Assembly (NCBI GenBank): GCA_013695775.1
Contig: JACCZV010000336.1
Location: 1-33,649 of the forward strand
Direction: 5' to 3'
Origin: Chitinophagales bacterium
Lineage (GTDB): Bacteria; Bacteroidota; Bacteroidia; Chitinophagales; UBA10324
Length of the DNA stretch: 33,649 nucleotides
The position numbers and the translations under genes were made by a program. Each line of letters starts with the position of its first letter. Positions within the stretch are counted from its first letter, which is position 1. The notes below the pieces were generated by a model, which was given only the letters and a program-made list of their open reading frames with translations, was not told the DNA's origin and searched no databases. This document shows positions 26,313-33,649 of the stretch, piece by piece.

Positions 26313-28136
26313 TTATATATCGTTTTGTATACTCAATGGCTCTTCTGTTCTGAAATATTCACGAATTGTCTTTGTTTTTGCCTTTCCGACCACGCCAATA
26401 AGCTCCTCGTCGCTTGCTGATTTAATCTTTTCAACCGAATGAAAGTGGTGTAGTAGTTTCTCGGCGGTCTTATTAGAAATGCCTCTCACATCAAGCAGTT
26501 CAGAGCGCAGGGTTGCCTTGTCGCGCTTGCTGCGGTGAAAGGTAATTGCAAATCTATGAGCCTCATCACGGATCTGCTGTACAAGCCTTAAAGATGGTGA
26601 ACGCTTATCAATATATAAAGGCAGCGGGTCGTTGGGAAAGTAAATCTCTTCAAGCCTCTTGGCAATTCCTGCTACAGCTACTTTACCGGTAATTCCTAAC
26701 TTTTCAATGCTGTTCATAGCCGCGCTCAGCTGACCTTTTCCGCCATCAATCATTATAAGTTGTGGCAGAGAATGCGCCTCATCAAGCAATCGCTTATATC
26801 TCCGAAACACGATCTCTTCCATTGAGGCGAAATCGTTGGGGCCAGTCACTGTTTTGATGTTAAAATGCCTGTAATCTTTTTTTGAAGGCTTCGCATTTTT
26901 AAACACCACCAAAGATGCTACCGGGTAGTTGCCCTGAAAGTTAGAGTTATCGAAACACTCAATATGCAAAGGCATCTCAGTAAGCCGAAAATCGGTCTGC
27001 AGCTTTGAGAGTAGCCGAAGAGCAGGGGATTGTTTGCTGTATTCACCTCTCTCTTTTTCTTTTGCGCTCAGATAATAATAGAGATTTTTGTCGGAGAGCT
27101 CAAGTAGTTTTTTCTTATCGCCGCGAGACGGAACGGTAACTGCAATCTCCTTATCAGGAAACTCTAAGTGGAAGGGGACAATAATTTCCTTCGAAGTGCT
27201 TTGCAATTGATTTCTCAGTTCGTTGATCACATATTGCATCATCTCATCCTTTTCTTCCTCAATTTTTTTTATGATCTCCACCGTTCGGGCCTGAATAATG
27301 GAGCCATTTACTATTCTCATACAGTTGACGTACGCGTTTTTTTCATCTTCCCGTAAGGAGAACACATCAACATTGGTGATTGTAGGATGCACTACCATCG
27401 ATTTACTCTGGTAATCATGCATAGCATTCAGCTTCTTCCTTAGAAATTCGGCGTCTTCAAATCTGTATGCATCAGCATATTGCTGCATCTCCTGCTTCAG
27501 GTTCTGAATTACCTCAGATAAATTTCCTTTCAGTATATGACGAATCTGTGCTATGCTTTGGTCATAATCCTCTTTGTATTGCCTCGCTTCACAGGGGCCT
27601 TTGCAATTTCCTATATGATACTCCAGACATACCTTAAATTTCCTCGCCTCTATATTTTTTTCCGACAGATTAAGATTGCAAGTTCTCAGGGGATACATTT
27701 TTTTGATGAAATCGAGAATCCCGCGAACGCGCGCTACAGACGTATAAGGACCAAAATATTCCGATCCATCACGCTCAATGTTTCTCGTAAGAAACACCCG
27801 TGGAAAATTTTCCTTCCTGATACAGATGAAAGGATAGCTTTTATCATCCTTGAGATTGATGTTATAGCGTGGCTGAAAATTTTTGATGAAGGTGTTTTCA
27901 AGCAACAACGCATCCTGCTCTGATTCTACTATCGTGAATTCGATACGCTTTGCATGACCTACCATCACACCTGTTTTGTGTTGCTGGTGATTTTTAATGA
28001 AATAACTAGCGACCCGTTTTTTTAAATTTTTCGCTTTTCCTACATATAAAAAGGCATCCGTTTCATCAATGAAGCGATAGACCCCTGGCTCATCTGGAAG
28101 CGTATGAAATACCATTTTAAATTCCTCAGCAGTCAT
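26313..28136 (-). CDS. uvrC: excinuclease ABC subunit C
   Basis: 607-aa ORF. It has an N-terminal GIY-YIG domain (PGVYRF...YVGKAKNLKKRVASYF), a UVR domain, an endonuclease-V-like domain and a C-terminal (HhH)2 region (LLDVRGISNKTAEKLL). Confidence 0.96.
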   Translation of the reverse strand: MTAEEFKMVFHTLPDEPGVYRFIDETDAFLYVGKAKNLKKRVASYFIKNHQQHKTGVMVGHAKRIEFTIVESEQDALLLENTFIKNFQPRYNINLKDDKSYPFICIRKENFPRVFLTRNIERDGSEYFGPYTSVARVRGILDFIKKMYPLRTCNLNLSEKNIEARKFKVCLEYHIGNCKGPCEARQYKEDYDQSIAQIRHILKGNLSEVIQNLKQEMQQYADAYRFEDAEFLRKKLNAMHDYQSKSMVVHPTITNVDVFSLREDEKNAYVNCMRIVNGSIIQARTVEIIKKIEEEKDEMMQYVINELRNQLQSTSKEIIVPFHLEFPDKEIAVTVPSRGDKKKLLELSDKNLYYYLSAKEKERGEYSKQSPALRLLSKLQTDFRLTEMPLHIECFDNSNFQGNYPVASLVVFKNAKPSKKDYRHFNIKTVTGPNDFASMEEIVFRRYKRLLDEAHSLPQLIMIDGGKGQLSAAMNSIEKLGITGKVAVAGIAKRLEEIYFPNDPLPLYIDKRSPSLRLVQQIRDEAHRFAITFHRSKRDKATLRSELLDVRGISNKTAEKLLHHFHSVEKIKSASDEELIGVVGKAKTKTIREYFRTEEPLSIQNDI

Positions 28137-28240
28137 CCTGCAAACTTCATAAAAAAAATGACCTGATTATTCCATCCTCTTACCTAATAATGTAGATTTG
28201 TAAGGGTTGATGCTAAACGAAGTTGCATCCACGCCATTGA

Positions 28241-28905
28241 TTGGGGTTAAGAAAGTTCTGTTTGAAATACAATTTTGCCGGGGTGTGGCGAATCTTTAAG
28301 AGAGCATTCATTGGTGTGTTCATCTTTCACCTGCTCTATTTGATTTACTGCAATTGGTTCAACCCTCCTATCACATTAACGCAAGTTAACAGCTTGGTTC
28401 AGGGAGATGGATTAAAAAGAAATTATGTTTCATTTGAAAATATCAGCGCGAACGCAAAACTTGCCATGATAGCAAGTGAAGATCAGATATTTCCCATCGG
28501 GGTTTTGATTTTAAAAGCATTCGGAAAGCGGTAAATCACAATGAAAAGCATCCTTCAGACATAAGGGGAGCGAGTACCATCAGCCATCAGGTAGCTAAAA
28601 ATGTGTTCTTATGGCAAGGCAAGTCATGGTTTCGAAAAGGGCTGGAGGTTTATTTCACATTTATGATTGAGATTGTTTACAGCAAAAAACGTATTCTCGA
28701 TCTTTATTTGAATGTTGCAGAAATGGGAGATGGAATTTTTGGAATTGAGTGCGCCTCACAAATCTATTTCCACAAATCATCAAAAAATCTAACCCGGACT
28801 GAAGCTGCTATGATTGCGGCCTGTCTACCCAATCCTGAAAAATATAAGGTAAAGCCCATGGGAAAATGGGTGGCGAAAAGATTCCCATGGATCCTAAACA
28901 GATGA
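28241..28905 (+). pseudogene. mtgA: monofunctional biosynthetic peptidoglycan transglycosylase, interrupted by a 1-nt frameshift (or an assembly error)
   Basis: The upstream frame (28241-28534) ends ...AMIASEDQIFPIGVLILKAFGKR*. The +2 frame, open from 28480, reads SHRGFDFKSIRKAVNHNEKHPSDIRGASTISHQVAKNVFLWQGKSWFRKGLEVYFTFMIE...AACLPNP.... Joined at the CCC run (28493-28495), the two restore the GT51 motif EDQ-x-FP-x-H-x-GFD. The track start is TTG. Confidence 0.8.
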
Positions 28906-29018
28906 ATCAATTAGATGAGGATCCTGATATTGTTGCATTAGTCAGGTGAGTTTTTCTTAGCTCTATTTTTGTTTGAATACATTTTAAAATGCTGTCATAA
29001 CCATCACTATTAATATCA

Positions 29019-29690
29019 ATGATAAATTTCGCCGTTCTCATGTTTCGTATGTTTTTAAGTTTAATTATTAATGTTTGCTTACTGGTAAGTTTCGGCTTTT
29101 CACAGGATACTGAATGGAAATTGAGTAAAGATGAGAATGACATAAAAGTTTATAGACGTAAGGTTGAGGGTTTTGCTATCGAAGAATTAAAAACTACTTT
29201 TCTTGTTAAAGCTCCGCTTAACGCCGTTGTGGCTGTAATCAAGGATGCAGACCGCTATTCTGAATGGATCTATTCCTGCGCTGAATCCAAAGTTCTAAAA
29301 AAAATAAATGAGACTGAACAATACCAGTATCTGGTGAATGATGTACCCTATCCATTCAATGACCGCGATATTGCGGTACATTTTAAGATATGGCAGGAGG
29401 CGGAGACAAAAAAAGTATTCACAAGCTCTATCGGTGAGGCTGATTACATTCCCAAAAAGAACGGTCGAATTAGAGTACCCACTTATATTGGGGAGTATGA
29501 GGTAACTCCTTTGTCTAATACCGAGGTAGAGATCAATTATCGCGTGAAGCTCGACCCGGGTGGCAAGATTCCAGAGTGGATGGTAAATTTATTCATAGTA
29601 AAAGGCCCCTATGAATCGAGTCTGAATATGAGGGAAAGAATAGAGAGCGGCGAATATGATGAAGCTCAGTTTGATTTCCTGCAAAATTAA
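29019..29690 (+). CDS. START/SRPBCC-superfamily lipid-binding-domain protein, secreted
   Basis: 223-aa ORF with an N-terminal signal-like segment. The body resembles bacterial START domains (WKLSKDENDIKVYRRKV...YSEWIYSC...VPYPFNDRDIAVHF...PEWMVN). Confidence 0.75.
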   Translation: MINFAVLMFRMFLSLIINVCLLVSFGFSQDTEWKLSKDENDIKVYRRKVEGFAIEELKTTFLVKAPLNAVVAVIKDADRYSEWIYSCAESKVLKKINETEQYQYLVNDVPYPFNDRDIAVHFKIWQEAETKKVFTSSIGEADYIPKKNGRIRVPTYIGEYEVTPLSNTEVEINYRVKLDPGGKIPEWMVNLFIVKGPYESSLNMRERIESGEYDEAQFDFLQN

Positions 29691-29696
29691 TGAGGC

Positions 29697-29737
29697 TTGA
29701 AGACCATAATCAGTACTGATTATTATCTGGTCTTCAA
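29697..29737. terminator. compound hairpin between the convergent START-domain gene and PBP1A gene; candidate bidirectional terminator
   Basis: The outer 10-bp stem is TTGAAGACCA (29697-29706) paired with TGGTCTTCAA (29728-29737). It encloses a perfect 16-nt palindrome, TAATCAGTACTGATTA (29707-29722). The right arm overlaps the PBP1A stop codon (29734-29736). Flanking T-tracts are weak. Confidence 0.45.
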
Positions 29738-31944
29738 TTATCCGTTCCGAATATAAAATCAGTGCTTTGCTGTCCCGTTCCACTATATTTAGAACAATCT
29801 GTTTCGATGGTAGAAATACCTTCCGGCACTGTAAAGTGTGCATCAGGTGAGATGTTTAATGTTTTATCAGCATAGCAGCGTTTAAGAAAATATGCCCAAA
29901 CGGGCAGAGCCATATTAGCACCTTGTCCATAGAAGGTGGAGCGGAAACGGATGATGCGGTCCTCGCCACCTACCCAGCATCCGCCCGCTAATTGCGGCGT
30001 TATTCCTATAAACCAGCCATCCGTATTGTCCTGCGTGGTACCCGTTTTACCTCCCATTTCCGAAGTAATTCCAAACCGGTTGCGGAGGCGCTGGGCTGTT
30101 CCGCTATTCACTACTTTTTCAAGCATATTTACCATCACATAAGCCACCTGTTCGGAGATTACCTCCACATGCTTAGTGGTGAAATCCTGGATTACAGAAC
30201 CTTTATTGTCTTCAATTCTTGTGATGTACTGAGGCTTGGTATAAACCCCCTGATTGGCAAAAGTTGCATATGCACCGGTCATCTCATAAACCGAGATGTC
30301 GGGAACACCTAAACAGATAGAAGGATAAGGAGGCATTTCACTGATAATCCCCATGCGGCGCGACAGATCTATCATAGGCTGAGGACCGAGCTGCTTCATT
30401 AAGAAGGCACTGATGGTGTTTATGGATCCTTGCAATCCCTGGTATAAGGTAACCATCCCTCCATACCTGCCGTCAGAATTAGAGGGGGTCCAGTTTTCAA
30501 ATTCTGGAAACGAAACCTTTTCATTGGGTACCTGAAAACAGGGAGAGTATCCATTGTCGATCGCTACTGTATAAAGGATCGGTTTGATAGTAGATCCTAC
30601 CTGCCGCTTGGCGTTGATGTTAACATGATCATATTGGAAATAGTGATGGTTGATGCCACCTACCCAGGCAACTACATAGCCAGTGACAGGATCCATAACC
30701 ATAAAACCGCAATGAAGGAAGAATTTATAGTACTTTATAGAGTCGTACGGAGTCATTGTGGTATCGCGTTCCCCTTTATATGAAAACACCGTCATGGGCG
30801 TCTTTACATGAAAAGCTTTGACAATAGAATCTTCAGAGATTCCGGCAGCCTTCATAACAGACCAGCGCTCACTTTGCTTCATGGCATCAATGATGTATTT
30901 CTCCTTTTTGCCCCATGGCACGCTTCCCTTATAGCTTTTATTAAACTGTGCCTGCAAGTCTTTCATATGTTGCTGCACGGCAGCTTCTGCATGTTGCTGC
31001 AGCTTATTATTAATGGTGGTATAAATGCGCAAACCATCCTTATAGATGCTGTACTGAGTACCGTCCGCCTTTGGATGTTCTTTAAAGAACTGTGCAAGAT
31101 CCTGACGAAGAAATTCGCGGAAATATGTGGCAACACCTTCATTGTGATCAGGGTTGGTATAAGCCAATTTAATTGGCAGCCACTTCAAAGAATCATATTC
31201 ACTGATTGAGATGTAATCATATTTCTTCATCTGCGACAGCACCACATTTCTTCTTTTAAATGAATTATTCAAGTGACGCCGGGGGTTGTAAATAGTACTT
31301 CCCTGAAGCATCCCGATAAGCACAGCCGCCTCTTCCACATGAAGCGAATCAGGAGATTTATTGAAATACGTACGGGCGGCTGAATTAATGCCAAAAGAGT
31401 TCTCACTGAATTCCACTGTCTGCAGGTAAAGGTTTAGGATTTCATCTTTAGTATACCGGCGCTCAAGCTTTATGGCAATTACCCATTCTTTTAATTTGGA
31501 AAGGATGGTTGTAAAAACATTTGCGTTGCGCGGGCGGGGGAACAGATTCTTGGCAAGCTGCTGGGTGATGGTGCTGCCACCACGCTGATCTCCAAGAATT
31601 GTTGAGACTAAAGCCGCAAACTGACCCCAGTAATCGATTCCCGAGTGCTTATAGAATCTAACATCTTCTGTAGCGATTAAGCAGTTTTGTATGATCTTGG
31701 GAATTTCATTAAAGGATGAAGTGGACCTGTTTTGATAGTAATATTTTCCCAAGAGCACGCCGTCTGATGAATATACTTCTGTTGCAAGGGAGTTGCGGGG
31801 ATTCTCAATCTCATCAAATGATGGCATTTTTCCAAAGGCACCCACGGCAGCAAGTAATAACAGTATAAGAAAGAGTCCCACACTCCCCAATACAACATAC
31901 CAGAAGTATTTAAGTACATTTCTTACAGAATACTTTTTCACCAT
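29734..31944 (-). CDS. mrcA: penicillin-binding protein 1A (bifunctional transglycosylase/transpeptidase)
   Basis: It has GT51 motifs (ATEDVRFYKHSGID and RGGSTITQQLAKNLF) and transpeptidase motifs SxxK (GSTIKP) and KTG (GGKTGTT). An N-terminal transmembrane anchor is present. The track start at 31947 is TTG, so the adjacent ATG at 31944 is preferred. Confidence 0.95.
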   Translation of the reverse strand: MVKKYSVRNVLKYFWYVVLGSVGLFLILLLLAAVGAFGKMPSFDEIENPRNSLATEVYSSDGVLLGKYYYQNRSTSSFNEIPKIIQNCLIATEDVRFYKHSGIDYWGQFAALVSTILGDQRGGSTITQQLAKNLFPRPRNANVFTTILSKLKEWVIAIKLERRYTKDEILNLYLQTVEFSENSFGINSAARTYFNKSPDSLHVEEAAVLIGMLQGSTIYNPRRHLNNSFKRRNVVLSQMKKYDYISISEYDSLKWLPIKLAYTNPDHNEGVATYFREFLRQDLAQFFKEHPKADGTQYSIYKDGLRIYTTINNKLQQHAEAAVQQHMKDLQAQFNKSYKGSVPWGKKEKYIIDAMKQSERWSVMKAAGISEDSIVKAFHVKTPMTVFSYKGERDTTMTPYDSIKYYKFFLHCGFMVMDPVTGYVVAWVGGINHHYFQYDHVNINAKRQVGSTIKPILYTVAIDNGYSPCFQVPNEKVSFPEFENWTPSNSDGRYGGMVTLYQGLQGSINTISAFLMKQLGPQPMIDLSRRMGIISEMPPYPSICLGVPDISVYEMTGAYATFANQGVYTKPQYITRIEDNKGSVIQDFTTKHVEVISEQVAYVMVNMLEKVVNSGTAQRLRNRFGITSEMGGKTGTTQDNTDGWFIGITPQLAGGCWVGGEDRIIRFRSTFYGQGANMALPVWAYFLKRCYADKTLNISPDAHFTVPEGISTIETDCSKYSGTGQQSTDFIFGTDN

Positions 31945-32121
31945 CAATTCATCGGATTGCGTTGTGTTTTACAGGGATGCAAATAACGCAAAGTTGATGC
32001 TGATTTTTTTGAGGAATACCTTACCCATGTGCACATTGTTCTTTACATATTTCAAAATGTAATCGGAATCAGCAATTTGTCGGATATAAATTTCAATGCT
32101 GATAACTATAAGTGAATATCC

Positions 32122-33649
32122 TTATTCCTCATTGCCTTCCCCGCTATTGCTCTCCTCCCCTTCATAATTCTTCGAAAAGAACTCTATATATTCGGCTACA
32201 TTTTTTCTTTTGTAGAATAAAGGGAAATTTTTATCATCGATAATGAACATATCATAACCAATATCTTCCACCTGCTCAAAAAATGTTTCTGATTCGAGAA
32301 TCTCATAATAATAATTCATAGCATCCTCAATGTTTTTCATTTGTTTCACTACAATCATTTGCGTTTTAGTATTAAGCAATTGTGGTGCAACTTTCAGGTT
32401 GTCTAGTGAATGCGATATCGTGTTGAAATTGGCAAGTGAATCTGATACGGCTTTTGTTTTGGGTGAAATGGTATTAAACACTACTACAAAATATTGGGGA
32501 TTGTTTGAATGCATTGTATAGGGTGAAACATTTTCTGCGTCATCATCTTTTTTTAAGGAGTCTGATTCTATAATTTCTGTATTTGCTACCTCCACTCCCA
32601 GCTCCATAAGAATTTCCACCGCCTTGTCATGCACTTCACCAGAAGGATACTTTCTTGTTAAAGAATCCAGGGCCTCAATGTAGGATTGCCGTCCATCGGT
32701 TTTTCCTACTGTCATTGCCTGGAGCAATTCAAATTTTCCCTGCAACGGGTTTGGCATGAATAAGCTGTCGGCAGAGCGAATACGGCTCATTACATCAGCA
32801 TATTGTTCTGCAACAAAATAATCATATGTCGACGCATAATATATATTCAATTCTTCGCTCTTCTTTTCACTGTTACGAATGTATTGAGGGTCTGTTAATA
32901 CTTTTGCAAAATCAGTAGATGCAAAATCGGATAAAAGCCGCTGTTTATAATCTTGAGCTTTTGCTGAAGCGCCTGTCTGCTCATACAAAAGATATAGGCT
33001 GTAATATACCTGCGGTACATTCTCATTATCAGGATAACGGGCGGCTAGCTTTTCAAAGGTTTCAATGGACCGAGGAAAATCCCTGAGGCCATCCTTGTAA
33101 ATAGTTCCGAGAGAATAATAGGCATTGAAAATCGAATTGTTTGAAGCCGTCATTTTTTCGGGCGTGAGCGGAATACTTTCAAGCATGGTTTCCCTCGAAG
33201 CACTCTCAGAGGAGACGTCAGCAGTCTCTGAATCAGGGTTCTCTGGGTCGAGGTTGTCGCCGGCAATGTCTCCGGAAATTGATTTTTTATTGCCTCGCCG
33301 CCAGTTATCTTCCATGTTACGGTTGCCCCATTTTTTTTTAAAATCATTATACCCGGTTCCCTTAGTGGCTGTATTATAAAAATACCAACTGCCCGTTGAG
33401 CTTGTCTGATTTCCCGGTAACTCCTGGGCCTGCTGGGTTTGGAGGTTCAGCAAAGTATCCTGTTGAGCAGATTGCTGTCTTTTTTCAATTTCAGCCAGCG
33501 CATTGTTGATAATTTTGTTCCGCTCCTTTTCACCCATTTTAGCAAGCTTTTGCAAGCTGTCCTGACGTAAAATGATGTTCATCTCATAAACTACCTTATC
33601 AAGGACTGATTTAATCTCTATTACACGTTCTAGCGTATCGAATTTGGGA
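32122..33649 (-). CDS. C-terminal part of a large TPR-containing protein; the 5' end lies outside the window
   Basis: The reading frame stays open upstream of the listed ATG (33582) all the way to the window edge (...PKFDTLERVIEIKSVLDKVVYEMNIIL...). It has a Q-rich linker, the segment WYFYNTATKGTGYNDFKKKWGNRNMEDNWRRGNK, TPR-like helices (AYYSLGTIYKDG...YYSLYLLYEQTG) and an acidic tail. Confidence 0.7.
   Translation of the reverse strand, partial: PKFDTLERVIEIKSVLDKVVYEMNIILRQDSLQKLAKMGEKERNKIINNALAEIEKRQQSAQQDTLLNLQTQQAQELPGNQTSSTGSWYFYNTATKGTGYNDFKKKWGNRNMEDNWRRGNKKSISGDIAGDNLDPENPDSETADVSSESASRETMLESIPLTPEKMTASNNSIFNAYYSLGTIYKDGLRDFPRSIETFEKLAARYPDNENVPQVYYSLYLLYEQTGASAKAQDYKQRLLSDFASTDFAKVLTDPQYIRNSEKKSEELNIYYASTYDYFVAEQYADVMSRIRSADSLFMPNPLQGKFELLQAMTVGKTDGRQSYIEALDSLTRKYPSGEVHDKAVEILMELGVEVANTEIIESDSLKKDDDAENVSPYTMHSNNPQYFVVVFNTISPKTKAVSDSLANFNTISHSLDNLKVAPQLLNTKTQMIVVKQMKNIEDAMNYYYEILESETFFEQVEDIGYDMFIIDDKNFPLFYKRKNVAEYIEFFSKNYEGEESNSGEGNEE

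Noticed and set aside
28480-28534. Programmed ribosomal frameshift in mtgA
   Set aside because: No slippery heptamer or downstream stimulatory structure is evident at the junction (TTT CCC ATC GGG). A 1-nt indel in a C-run is the simpler explanation.
28907-29143. 78-aa minus-strand ORF overlapping the start of the START-domain gene
   Set aside because: It overlaps the signal-peptide region of a better-supported gene on the opposite strand, and it has no motif.

Overview
This window looks like a densely coding chromosomal segment from a Bacteroidota genome, AT-rich by eye. The phylum call rests on a porP/sprF-gldK-gldL-gldM-gldN type IX secretion/gliding operon and a DUF4271-hemD pair. Most genes are recognisable housekeeping. 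Left to right they are: nadC (3' fragment), enoyl-CoA hydratase, nfo, uvrA(-), an ECF sigma factor with a small partner ORF, nth, tRNA-Phe(-), a class-III aminotransferase, a BNR/Ycf48-like propeller lipoprotein, a flavin-reductase-domain protein, lysS, a secreted LRR protein, hemW(-), an Omp85-like barrel, DUF4271, hemD, the T9SS core operon, uvrC(-), mtgA (frameshifted), a START-domain protein, PBP1A(-), and the 3' part of a large TPR protein(-) that runs off the window. I found no CRISPR array, integrase, transposase or obvious defence operon, and no compelling novel multi-gene system. The observations not explained by standard annotation are listed here. (1) A ~670-bp ORF-free block (7454-8126) between nth and tRNA-Phe is filled with a family of small hairpin-plus-tail repeats in both orientations, two ~150-bp imperfect direct repeats and an 8-bp microsatellite with stepwise copy number. 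(2) A decayed ParE/RelE-type toxin-antitoxin pair is wedged between nfo and uvrA. (3) mtgA is split by a 1-nt frameshift in a C-run. (4) A tightly coupled Omp85-like/DUF4271/hemD block, flanked by hemW, sits immediately upstream of the T9SS operon. (5) An ECF sigma factor is paired with a 79-aa partner that has no transmembrane segment. (6) There are several short palindromes and direct repeats in promoter regions. Several ORF-track starts are TTG or GTG, and I moved these to nearby ATGs where homology suggests it. All functional calls come from reading motifs in the supplied translations, and no database search was possible.
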